The notes under the pieces were generated by a model. The model saw only the letters and a list, made by a program, of their open reading frames with translations. It ran no database searches and had not been told where the DNA came from. From positions 1 to 44,751 of IMG/VR virus record IMGVR_UViG_3300045988_055685: 44,751 nucleotides of DNA, one strand, 5' to 3'. Below, one piece after another: positions 21,556-29,683 of this stretch. Positions within the stretch are counted from its first letter, which is position 1. The number at the start of each line of letters is the position of its first letter. The position numbers and the translations under genes were made by a program. Origin of the DNA: a virus.

Positions 21556-21801
21556 CTAAGCCATATGCAGTATTCGGGCAACGTCGATCAGGCGTGCAAA
21601 AATATCTCTGGAGCGCCGCGAAACAACGGACCTGTCGTACCCGATTTCAGCGGCAATGTCCGCCTGCGGGTAGTGGTCTATCAGCGTCCTGCGGGCTATG
21701 ACCGTATTCTCGAAACCCAGCGCGGCCTCGTCTATCACGGTCAACCGCTGGCTCTTCGTCAGCCGTTCCAGCTCTTCCGGCACCTTTGCACGTCCTGCCA
21801 T
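21556..21801 (-). CDS. Small sigma-70 region-4-like HTH protein
   Basis: LTKSQRLTVIDEAALGFENTVIARRTLIDHYPQADIAAEIGYDRSVVSRRSRDIFARL. Confidence 0.5.
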   Translation of the reverse strand: MAGRAKVPEELERLTKSQRLTVIDEAALGFENTVIARRTLIDHYPQADIAAEIGYDRSVVSRRSRDIFARLIDVARILHMA

Positions 21802-21809
21802 GTTGCACC

Positions 21810-22565
21810 TCAGTCAATCATTCTTCGCATCATAATAAGCATGCGCGCCATGTCCTCGGTCAGGTCAAGGCCCTTATCCGCTTCGCTGCCTCCCTTTCCA
21901 GTCAGCACCTTTTCGTCAATCAATACCTGCATGTCCGCGCGAATATACTCCGGCATATCCGATACCGCCCTGTACCGCTTCGGCTGCATTTTGTTTGCTT
22001 CCTCTTTGGCAATTGCTCTGGTTTGTGCTTCGGTCATATCTGGTTCCTCCTGTTCATATTTTGGATTGCCGTAGCCGTATATGCTGGGATACCCCAGCGG
22101 ATAGGACTTGCGTGCCACACCGCCGCCGTTCGCTACCACGCCGGACGCGCCCGAGGTATTCCCCTCGATGGTGTAGACATAGCCGTTTTCCACCTTCTCC
22201 ACGATACCTACATGCCCGCCTCCGTTCGGATACTGGCGGGTGGAGAAATATACGACATCGCCCGCTCTCGGCGTGTAAGCCGCCCGCAGGTGGAAGCGCC
22301 CGCGCTCCGCGAACCAGTCCTTGCCGTTGTAGCAGCTTGCCGTGCGCGGGATGATTCCGGCATTACCGGACTGTGCCGCGCACCAGCTTATAAACATATG
22401 GCACCAGTAGGCTTCCGGTCCGTTCAGGCCGTACCACTTGCCGTATTTCGTCCAGTTATTCGAGCCTGCGTTTGCGGTCTTGCTGTCAAGGCCCGCATTG
22501 CTCGCTTTCTCCAGATAGCCGACCTCTGCGGCGGCAACCCTCAAAATACCGCTTGCTTTTCCCAA
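21810..22565 (-). CDS. Endolysin, CHAP-domain peptidoglycan hydrolase with C-terminal putative wall-binding region
   Basis: YWCHMFISWC...GDVVYF...GGHVGIVEKVENGYVYTIEGNTS is the CHAP Cys/His signature. The start is uncertain (TTG 22565 behind GAGGTG, or GTG 22574). Confidence 0.8.
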   Translation of the reverse strand: MGKASGILRVAAAEVGYLEKASNAGLDSKTANAGSNNWTKYGKWYGLNGPEAYWCHMFISWCAAQSGNAGIIPRTASCYNGKDWFAERGRFHLRAAYTPRAGDVVYFSTRQYPNGGGHVGIVEKVENGYVYTIEGNTSGASGVVANGGGVARKSYPLGYPSIYGYGNPKYEQEEPDMTEAQTRAIAKEEANKMQPKRYRAVSDMPEYIRADMQVLIDEKVLTGKGGSEADKGLDLTEDMARMLIMMRRMID

Positions 22566-22582
22566 ATGATTCACCTCAATTT

Positions 22583-22618
22583 CAAAACAAAAAGCCCCAC
22601 CTTGACACAGGCGGGGCT
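22583..22618 (-). terminator. Intrinsic terminator between module 2 and the endolysin RBS
   Basis: Minus strand reads AAGCCCCGCCTGTGTCAAGGTGGGGCTTTTTGTTTT. Confidence 0.6.
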
Positions 22619-22629
22619 TGTGGTATAAT
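22602..22629 (+). promoter_or_regulatory. Consensus promoter of module-2 sRNA
   Basis: TTGACA (22602-07), 16 nt, TGgTATAAT (TATAAT at 22624-29). Confidence 0.65.
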
Positions 22630-22635
22630 ATGAAC

Positions 22636-22720
22636 ATAAAGAGGCGCTGTCGGCAGACGGCTGACCCAATTACACAGTTAAAGTAACCGCTTCATTTGGT
22701 CGTGAGGGCGGTTACTTTGC
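22636..22720 (+). ncRNA. Candidate sRNA (module 2); may read through to the plus-strand terminator at 22884-22906
   Basis: 5' arm GAGGCGCTGTCGGCAGACGGCTGACCC, then the conserved-loop hairpin. The T-run after the hairpin is weak. Confidence 0.45.
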
Positions 22721-22786
22721 ATATGTAACAAAAATGTGTAACAAGATTGCTGCACATATTGAAATCCTTGCGAATCTCAAGCCCAT
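22712..22786 (-). CDS. 24-aa hydrophobic peptide (candidate type I toxin)
   Basis: RBS GGGGTGGTG. MGLRFARISICAAILLHIFVTYAK. The stop lies inside the hairpin stem. Confidence 0.4.
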   Translation of the reverse strand: MGLRFARISICAAILLHIFVTYAK

Positions 22787-22850
22787 ATGCACCACCCCTT
22801 TCTCAAGGAGTGATCAACCGCCCGCCGCTGGGAACGACAGCGCCCGACAT

Positions 22851-22880
22851 ATTATACCATCGCACGCCGCGCTATGTCAA
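22851..22880 (-). promoter_or_regulatory. Promoter of module-2 peptide mRNA
   Basis: TTGACA (22880-75), 18 nt, TGgTATAAT (TATAAT at 22856-51). Confidence 0.55.
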
Positions 22881-22883
22881 TTT

Positions 22884-22906
22884 GCCGCCTTTGGGCGGCT
22901 TTTTTA
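22884..22906 (+). terminator. Plus-strand-oriented terminator overlapping the holin stop codon
   Basis: GCCGCC tttg GGCGGC TTTTTTATTT. Confidence 0.55.
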
Positions 22907-23167
22907 TTTCTGTCCGAGCTGTTTGACAATCTGGTTTACACCCGTCGCCGCAAGGCCGGACACAATGCCGATTGCAATTGCCGTCAGCGGGTCGTTTGCG
23001 CCATACTCCGGCATAATCCGCATCGCTGCAATTCCCAGTACCGCGCCAGAAATGCCGCAGATGATCGGCAGCCACTTGTTGTCAAGCGCCGTAGCCTTTA
23101 CGATCTGTGCGATCAGATAGCAAATTACCGTGATTGCCGGAATCGCCGTAAATCCCAAACTTTCCAT
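22904..23167 (-). CDS. Holin (3 predicted TM segments)
   Basis: MESLGFTAIPAITVICYLIAQIV...WLPIICGISGAVLGIAA...AIAIGIVSGLAATGV. RBS is AAAGGAGCG. It lies between XhlA and the endolysin. Confidence 0.7.
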   Translation of the reverse strand: MESLGFTAIPAITVICYLIAQIVKATALDNKWLPIICGISGAVLGIAAMRIMPEYGANDPLTAIAIGIVSGLAATGVNQIVKQLGQK

Positions 23168-23180
23168 AAGTACGCTCCTT

Positions 23181-23498
23181 TCAAAGTCCAATTCTTGCAA
23201 GCAGGAATGCGATTACTGCCGCCAGAACTGCCCATACCGACTTGTCCACAATGCTTTCCCACCGTCTTGCGGGCTTGCTTGTAACCTCCGCGACGGTAGC
23301 GGTCAGGCTGTCCAGTTTCTCAATAATGGTGTTATACCGTTCTTCCTGTACCGCGCTGTCCTGCTCCAATGCGCGGATACGGTCAAAGAACTCCTTGTGC
23401 GTGTCGCTCGCCCTGTCCATCCGCTTTTCCAGCGCTTCCACGCGGGCAAGCGTGATGCACTCGTGCGGATTGTTTGTGCATTGGTTTTCCATAGGCAA
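23181..23498 (-). CDS. XhlA-family lysis-associated membrane protein
   Basis: Coiled coil (LEKRMDRASDTHKEFFDRIRALEQ...) plus a C-terminal TM (VWAVLAAVIAFLLARIGL). Confidence 0.65.
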   Translation of the reverse strand: MPMENQCTNNPHECITLARVEALEKRMDRASDTHKEFFDRIRALEQDSAVQEERYNTIIEKLDSLTATVAEVTSKPARRWESIVDKSVWAVLAAVIAFLLARIGL

Positions 23499-23525
23499 GT
23501 GGGGCGCTATACCCCGTCCCCCCTC

Positions 23526-24596
23526 TCATTGAATGCTCTTGTGAATACGCGCCAGTGTGCAGGCCAGCTCTTCGCGCGTAACAAAATCCCGCGGCCGGAA
23601 CTTCCCGTCTGCATCCCCTTCCATAATGCCGTACTCGTTACAATACTTAACATTTTCCTTTGCCCATTCGGAAATCTGATTTTCGTCCTTATACATCGTC
23701 CCACCCCCCTCTTTCGTCTGGTACTTCCAGACGTTGATCTCTGACGGCTCCGGCAGGATAACCATACCGTGTCCGGTTTTGCTGTCGAAGCCCTCCGCCC
23801 CAATATCCACACAATGGTCCCTGAAAAAGCGCATCATTGCCTCGTGGGTCAGCGGCTTCCCTGTTTTGTCGATAAAAAAGTCATTGACCAGGCACGCCAT
23901 ACCGCAAAGCCATGGAGCCGCGAAAGACGTTCCGGTCTGTTTGCCATATGTAGTCACGCCGGTTTCTTTTGTGAATTTCACAACCTGACTGTCCGGCGCG
24001 GAAAAATCGAGATATTCCGTCGTAGAGGAAAAGTCCTCCGGAATGGCTTTGTTATTCTGGATGTAATACGCTCCAACGGTCGTCACGGCATCGCACCGCG
24101 CCAGTTCCACATAATCCGTGGAATATTCATTACCCGCCGCGACAAACATGTTAAATGTCCCAAGCCCATCGATCACCGTCTGGTATTTCTGGGCAAGGTA
24201 TTTGTCGCAGATCATGTCAAACGAGCAGAATACAGAGGTAATGCCGTATTCTTCGATATATGGCAGGCAATCATCCTCCAGTCCGCAGTAGCAGTCTTTC
24301 CCTGTCCTCGCCCTGCTGATTTTGGAAAGCTGGACTAACCGTGATCTGGGCGCAACCTGAAAGAATGTTGCCGCTGTCTTGCTGCCATGTCCTCCCGAGA
24401 AATTCCCCCAGCCGTACCCATCCCCAAACGGGATAAGGACCAGATCATCCGGATTATAGTTTTTGATGCTCCAGTTCTCTCCGGTAGCCGCCGTGACGCG
24501 CTCCCCAAAGTATCCCGCGTTATGGAACCTGTCCACACCCGTAAACTTGCGGATGTAGTTGTTTTCAGTGTGCAGCTTTGTTGTTTCAGTAGCCAC
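23526..24596 (-). CDS. S8 (subtilisin-like) serine peptidase with C-terminal SLH domain
   Basis: GGHGSKTA (His motif), GTSFAAPWLCG (Ser motif), and the SLH-like tail WAKENVKYCNEYGIMEGDADGKFRPRDFVTREELACTLARI. GTG start sits behind GGGGAGGTATAAC. Confidence 0.7.
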   Translation of the reverse strand: MATETTKLHTENNYIRKFTGVDRFHNAGYFGERVTAATGENWSIKNYNPDDLVLIPFGDGYGWGNFSGGHGSKTAATFFQVAPRSRLVQLSKISRARTGKDCYCGLEDDCLPYIEEYGITSVFCSFDMICDKYLAQKYQTVIDGLGTFNMFVAAGNEYSTDYVELARCDAVTTVGAYYIQNNKAIPEDFSSTTEYLDFSAPDSQVVKFTKETGVTTYGKQTGTSFAAPWLCGMACLVNDFFIDKTGKPLTHEAMMRFFRDHCVDIGAEGFDSKTGHGMVILPEPSEINVWKYQTKEGGGTMYKDENQISEWAKENVKYCNEYGIMEGDADGKFRPRDFVTREELACTLARIHKSIQ

Positions 24597-24597
24597 G

Positions 24598-24747
24598 TTA
24601 TACCTCCCCTTTTCCTGTCCCGTACTGCTTACCCGTAATCTGTTCGTACTCTTCATCAGAGAGCTTCCCCGCCGTGTAAAGCTGGTCTATCCGGCCAATG
24701 TCCCACAGCTTGGGGTAATAGTGCCGCGCCATTTCAAATACTGTCAT
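24598..24747 (-). CDS. XkdX family protein (49 aa)
   Basis: Self-translated MTVFEMARHYYPKLWDIGRIDQLYTAGKLSDEEYEQITGKQYGTGKGEV. It sits in the typical position after the tail fibers. Confidence 0.65.
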   Translation of the reverse strand: MTVFEMARHYYPKLWDIGRIDQLYTAGKLSDEEYEQITGKQYGTGKGEV

Positions 24748-25007
24748 AGCTCCACCCCCGTCATAGCCGCGATAAAGTCCACGTCCGCGCGGAGCTGTTC
24801 TGCCTGCGTCGGCTCCGGCTCCGGTTCAGGAGGCCGTGCGGTCGGCATAATATCCACCAGCGCGCCGCCCTCGATCACCAGTTCACAGTACGGGCAGTAG
24901 GCACGCGCACAGGGTTCAAGGCTGACAGGAACCGGAATCCACCCGTCCGGTGCTTGTCCGTGGTGGAGGGTGCGCATCTGTCTGGTTTCCGTGTTGATAA
25001 TTAGCAT
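24744..25007 (-). CDS. Hypothetical protein (XkdW-position)
   Basis: Track ORF with an ATGA overlap to XkdX. Confidence 0.5.
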   Translation of the reverse strand: MLIINTETRQMRTLHHGQAPDGWIPVPVSLEPCARAYCPYCELVIEGGALVDIMPTARPPEPEPEPTQAEQLRADVDFIAAMTGVEL

Positions 25008-25020
25008 TGGCGTTACCTCC

Positions 25021-26814
25021 TTAGCGGAATGCGATATAGCGATATGTTACGCCAGATTCATTAAATCTGTCTTTTGCACCGCTTCCGCTGTCAGTCATTT
25101 CAATACCAGTTGCTTTCCACGTTGCGTTAGAAAAGTTTTTCCTGCTTATGTTCGCAATGAAGAGGTCATCTCCTCGAAACAACACGCAGTATTGATAATC
25201 TATTTGTGTTGTATAATTAGACTCGGTAAGGATCGCGCCAATTATAAAAACACTTGGCATAAAACCAACATCAATTACTGTAGGTGAAGCGCCATTTCCT
25301 GTATATTCACCTATAACATAAGGCGCGATCTCCGGTTCAGCCTGCTCCTGCCACGGTATGATCTTGAGCCACCCATCCAGCGGGCTATACGCTGTTACGC
25401 CCTCTGAATCGATCATCTGTCCTGCGGTTATGCCCTCGCATGCACAGTACCCGCCAAAGCCGAGTTTGATGGTGTCGCCACCCTCGCCGGATTCAAGGGC
25501 TATTGCGTCTTTGGAGTTGTTCAGGAACGAGCCTGCAATTTGGTTGCCGAAGATTTCAAGGATGGTTGTGGTGCCGTAGGAGGAATTAGACCTGTTTGCA
25601 AATGCAATAAGTATTTTTGACTTTTCGATAGCAGCAGCACTCAAACAATCAGGAGTATTTGCATTATAGGAGTAATTCTTAAGCAAGGTCAATTCCTCAC
25701 CAGAAAACCCAAGCAAGTCCGCTTGATTATCGCTTACACCCAGAAAATTGTTCTCATTACAAACAACTGCTTGTATTAAGTTGATGCTGCCTCCATGATT
25801 CGAAAGTACATTGCTGACAGCTTTTAATTCTGTGTTAAAAATGACAAATGCCGTTTTTTTGCTACCTGAAGATATTTCTTTGATATACCCAACAAGAATA
25901 TTACCTGTTTTATCTGCCGCACAGCTTGTTGCATAAATGGTGACGCCAGAGAACATCACCACATCCCCAAATGTCACCGCATTCGCACTGTCAACTGTCG
26001 CAATAACCGCCTTGCCCTTGTTGCCGTCGCCGGTATCGGAAAAGCAGATGCACACGCGCTTGTTTCCGCTGTCGTCGTCGGGGATGCGGGTTGCGGAGAT
26101 GTTGACAGGATTAACCGAATTAAGTTCTTTACCTGAAAGCGATGTTAGGGGATAATCCACAACGGTCAATCTAAGTTTGCCACTCGAGTTATATGCTATC
26201 GCAAGGTTTGAAGTGGATAATGTGACCGCAACAGGATTGGTTGAATTATCTCCAAGACTATGAACACTGTCAACAGACGTAATCTTCCCGCCTGTTACCT
26301 GGTAAACCGACCACCGAGATATGCTGTTGGATTCAAATGCCACCACGAAATGCGTATCATCCAGCCGAGCGAGGGAGGCAGAAGGTGAGGACTGTTGATA
26401 TACAACGATATTAAACAAGCTTTTCCCTGTAACATTATCAATTAAAAATACAGTAATGTTACCTGCTATTATTAGTAGAACGCTATGTTGTAACGACAAT
26501 TTGCATAACGCTGTTCCGGTTGTCGCTACTCCGGATTTTATCACATTCTCCACATTCTTCTGCGCCACAACGTCGTGGTAGATTTCCCCGTCCTGAACAT
26601 TCACCACATCCCCCGCCGCGATACTCTGGCCATCCCGCACGATGCCGGTGCGAACGTCATTCACCGGCAAGCCCTCTGCTGTTGGATTGCTGCCGATATT
26701 CGCCAACGCGGAAATGAACTCTTCCTCCGTCCCCGTATAGCCGCCCTCCTGCGCCTGCTCATACGCGCTTTTGCCAAGCCCTGCGACCAACTTGCCGTTT
26801 ACTTTGATTGCCAA
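25021..26814 (-). CDS. Tail fiber / receptor-binding protein
   Basis: N-terminus MAIKVNGKLVAGLGKSAYEQAQEGGYTGTEEEFISALA is typical of fiber anchors. The AT-richer distal part suggests an exchanged module. Confidence 0.6.
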   Translation of the reverse strand: MAIKVNGKLVAGLGKSAYEQAQEGGYTGTEEEFISALANIGSNPTAEGLPVNDVRTGIVRDGQSIAAGDVVNVQDGEIYHDVVAQKNVENVIKSGVATTGTALCKLSLQHSVLLIIAGNITVFLIDNVTGKSLFNIVVYQQSSPSASLARLDDTHFVVAFESNSISRWSVYQVTGGKITSVDSVHSLGDNSTNPVAVTLSTSNLAIAYNSSGKLRLTVVDYPLTSLSGKELNSVNPVNISATRIPDDDSGNKRVCICFSDTGDGNKGKAVIATVDSANAVTFGDVVMFSGVTIYATSCAADKTGNILVGYIKEISSGSKKTAFVIFNTELKAVSNVLSNHGGSINLIQAVVCNENNFLGVSDNQADLLGFSGEELTLLKNYSYNANTPDCLSAAAIEKSKILIAFANRSNSSYGTTTILEIFGNQIAGSFLNNSKDAIALESGEGGDTIKLGFGGYCACEGITAGQMIDSEGVTAYSPLDGWLKIIPWQEQAEPEIAPYVIGEYTGNGASPTVIDVGFMPSVFIIGAILTESNYTTQIDYQYCVLFRGDDLFIANISRKNFSNATWKATGIEMTDSGSGAKDRFNESGVTYRYIAFR

Positions 26815-26836
26815 GTTATCCCCTCCTTTCGTCGTT

Positions 26837-27652
26837 TCAGGCGTAATCGTATACTTCTTTCACAATAACCTTTACCTGACTGCCTGTGTTGTTGGCTACT
26901 GTAATATTGGGAGTGCTTGCTGCAATCCCGAGCGACGAACCCCTGTATAGATATACAAAATACGGATTTGTTCCATTTTGATTTGTGAACCACCAAAAAA
27001 ATCCACAACTCAGGTTGCCATCGGCCAGAGTATACGCAAATATTTGGTATAAACTGTATACATTTCCTTTGATTGAATTTAAGTCCATTTGAAGTTCTTC
27101 GCCCGTTGGAAGATCAGAAGAATAAACAATGTTCGCTGCACTTCCGGTTTTGCTGTCCACATACCTCTTTGACGCAGGCATGTCACTCGCTGTCGGTGTC
27201 ACAATGCCTGTAATCGGCCCTGTCATTACCCCGCCAGAAAGCGGAAGCGCGCCAACCTGCGCCGCTGTCACCGCATGCGGGTTATTGGTATCGCCCGTGT
27301 GCGCCGTCAGGTTGTTGGCTACCGCTTCCACATCAGCCTTTCTCGCCGCGTCGCCGTCATTTACCGGCGCGGGCAGATTGGTCACAGCGTTGCCGCCCAT
27401 ATCGACCGCGCCCGTCAGCGTACCGCCCGCGAGCTTGAGGTACCTTGCGTCCGCTTCCTCCTCCGTCATGCCGCCCGAGCCGCCGGAAGAGGTTTCTTCG
27501 GTGAACTCAATCACATAGGGGCCATCCCCAAGGCTTTCTGCCATGTCAAGCTCACCGCCGTTTGATGCGGTTATTGCATTTTTTGTTTTGGCAATCGCTT
27601 CATCAATCTGCGGTCCTGTAAATGTTCCGTTATATCCTTCGGTCGTTGGCAT
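26837..27652 (-). CDS. Tail fiber protein
   Basis: LKLAGGTLTGAVDMGGNAVTNLPAPVNDGDAARKADVE and LPLSGGVMTGPI are common fiber motifs. Confidence 0.65.
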   Translation of the reverse strand: MPTTEGYNGTFTGPQIDEAIAKTKNAITASNGGELDMAESLGDGPYVIEFTEETSSGGSGGMTEEEADARYLKLAGGTLTGAVDMGGNAVTNLPAPVNDGDAARKADVEAVANNLTAHTGDTNNPHAVTAAQVGALPLSGGVMTGPITGIVTPTASDMPASKRYVDSKTGSAANIVYSSDLPTGEELQMDLNSIKGNVYSLYQIFAYTLADGNLSCGFFWWFTNQNGTNPYFVYLYRGSSLGIAASTPNITVANNTGSQVKVIVKEVYDYA

Positions 27653-27656
27653 GTTA

Positions 27657-28031
27657 TCACTCCCTCATGCAAAGATACGTTTTCCCATCCGCGCAGATAT
27701 ACATTGAACTGTCCTGCGGGATGTAATAGTAATTATCGTTCCAGCTTCCGTCCTCGCCTTGGGCATAAAGCGAAATCCGATATTCCCCATCGCCTTTCAG
27801 CAGGAAATCGTCGTAAACATCAAACTGCCGCTGTGTATTAGCTGGGGTCTGGGAAAAAGACGCGATCAGCGCCCCTTTCCCTCTGCCCCAATCTTCGTCT
27901 ACTTTCGTAGCGCGGCACTCAAAAGCTTGATAAGATATATCCGACTGAAAAGCCACAATTACCTTGTCAAATCCCGAAACCGCTGAAATCTTTTCCCCCG
28001 TAATGGAGAATGTCAAATGGGGCGCGGCCAT
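27657..28031 (-). CDS. Hypothetical tail-associated protein
   Basis: Start re-picked at MAAPHLTF, overlapping the upstream stop. Confidence 0.45.
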   Translation of the reverse strand: MAAPHLTFSITGEKISAVSGFDKVIVAFQSDISYQAFECRATKVDEDWGRGKGALIASFSQTPANTQRQFDVYDDFLLKGDGEYRISLYAQGEDGSWNDNYYYIPQDSSMYICADGKTYLCMRE

Positions 28032-28693
28032 CAGGCTACACTCCAAATGCCTGCGGCGGTTTTAACAAACACCTTGACGATCTTCACGCTGTCGCCAGAA
28101 GATGCAGTCTCAAGGTCGGTGCCGGTAATAGTGACTTCGATGGGCGTAGTCTTAGGATAGCTTCCATCGGAACCGCTCGTGTTAATCGAACCGGCGGTCG
28201 TGGGAATGACCGTACCTGCATCCTGCGTGGAGCTGGTCTGCGGAACAACGCATACCTTGTATTCCGCGAAGTCAACATCACAGGTAAAGGTGATCTTGGA
28301 CTTGTTGAATCCCTCAACCTTGGAAATCTTCGTTTTGTCGGGACCGGTAATCGTCACGACCGGAACCGCAGTATTCAGCGTAATATCGTCCGATACTTCC
28401 TCGGTTTCATTGCCTACATCGTCGCGCACCTTGATATGTACGGTTTTCAAGCCGTCGCCGCTTGTCAGGTTGACACTCTTTATCTTTGCAAAGGTTTCCC
28501 AGCTTGCCGACGCTTCTTCATCCACACCGTCAATGCCCCAAATCTTCATTTGGTAGCCGGTGGTCACTTCATCCGATAAGCCGATCGTCAGCTTGACCGC
28601 CGTACTGGTTGCGTACAGCGCTCCGTCATTAATACTTAACGTCAGACCTGACGGAGCTGTGGTGTCAAGGGTTAAGTTAAAATAACTTGCCAT
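28031..28693 (-). CDS. Ig-like/beta-rich tail protein
   Basis: Track ORF, T/S/V-rich and beta-strand-like. Confidence 0.5.
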   Translation of the reverse strand: MASYFNLTLDTTAPSGLTLSINDGALYATSTAVKLTIGLSDEVTTGYQMKIWGIDGVDEEASASWETFAKIKSVNLTSGDGLKTVHIKVRDDVGNETEEVSDDITLNTAVPVVTITGPDKTKISKVEGFNKSKITFTCDVDFAEYKVCVVPQTSSTQDAGTVIPTTAGSINTSGSDGSYPKTTPIEVTITGTDLETASSGDSVKIVKVFVKTAAGIWSVA

Positions 28694-28847
28694 TTATTCA
28701 TTCTCCTTTTCATCCGCATTCAGTTCGAGGTAAAAGTATCCTCCTTGGCGGGTATAAATGATTTCGTTTCCAATTGCTGCGGTTTTTATCCCCATATCCT
28801 TTATAAACAATTAGGATATTGCATCAGCACCGACACTTATCATCCCC

Positions 28848-29453
28848 TCACCCCCTGATCAGATACAGCGTCCTTGCGTCCTTTTCAGGAAGCTCCTCAT
28901 ATTCCGCAAGGTCTAATACCTTTATCACGTTGATTTCTTTGGAAGATACATTTCCCGAGCCTGTACCACTCGGAAGCGGAACGTCGGATTCTTCGTATTC
29001 ATGTGTGTCCGTGTTCCAGATCAGCCAAAATCCATTGTCGCCCGGCATCGGGGGATGGTCATTCAGTTCTTCCAGCCGCTTTTCATAGTCGGAGAACTCA
29101 GATGGAATCGTCGGCCACTGTGCATCCCCTGAAAGGCTGTCCGGTATGTATGGATAAATCTTGTTCGTGTGCCGGACAACATCCCCTTGTGTCCCCCTGA
29201 GCTGCATGGTGTAAGCCACGTTGCCGAATGCAAGCTGGTCGTCTGTCAGGACGGCACCAATGCCCTCATCCATTGGCGACAGGCGTATGATATTGAGGTT
29301 ATCCTCTACGGACACCAGCATGTCCCACTCGTATCCCTCCGGCAGCTCGCCAACAACATAGAGGGCGCGGGAGTTATTATCATACTGCCGCGCAATTACG
29401 TCACATGACGCGGAGAGCGTCCAGTTATCGAAAGTAATTTCAGGATAATTCAC
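28848..29453 (-). CDS. Hypothetical baseplate/tail protein
   Basis: Track ORF located in the tail-tip region. Confidence 0.5.
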   Translation of the reverse strand: MNYPEITFDNWTLSASCDVIARQYDNNSRALYVVGELPEGYEWDMLVSVEDNLNIIRLSPMDEGIGAVLTDDQLAFGNVAYTMQLRGTQGDVVRHTNKIYPYIPDSLSGDAQWPTIPSEFSDYEKRLEELNDHPPMPGDNGFWLIWNTDTHEYEESDVPLPSGTGSGNVSSKEINVIKVLDLAEYEELPEKDARTLYLIRG

Positions 29454-29683
29454 ACTGTAACCTCTCCCTCCAACGCCGCAATGCGGGTTTCAAGCTGCTG
29501 CACCTTTTCGGATAGTGAGACATTGGCTGCGGCCAGTGAGACGTTTGAAGCTGCCACCTTGTCAAGCAGAGCATCCATTTCTTCGCCACCGTATTTGCTG
29601 GTGTAATATCCTGCTGTTCCTGCGGTCAGCGCATCCAGCAGAGCATCAATTTGCTTGCTTGTGTATTTCCCATCGTAGGCCAT
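29450..29683 (-). CDS. Small coiled-coil tail-associated protein
   Basis: Track ORF with coupled start and stop. Confidence 0.5.
   Translation of the reverse strand: MAYDGKYTSKQIDALLDALTAGTAGYYTSKYGGEEMDALLDKVAASNVSLAAANVSLSEKVQQLETRIAALEGEVTV

Larger units (their letters stand above)
22583..22906. other. Small-RNA / hydrophobic-peptide module, copy 2
   Basis: Same architecture as copy 1. Arms at 22641-67 and 22810-45. Hairpin AAGTAACCGC / GCGGTTACTT (22681-90 / 22708-17) with loop TTCATTTGGTCGTGAGG. Confidence 0.6.

Noticed and set aside
21786-22628. 280-aa plus-strand ORF
   Set aside because: It is antisense to the CHAP endolysin, which has clear catalytic motifs.
28694-28847. Possible 33-aa ORF (MGIKTAAIGNEIIYTRQGGYFYLELNADEKENE) in the gap between two tail genes
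   Set aside because: The putative RBS is too close to the ATG and there is no other support.
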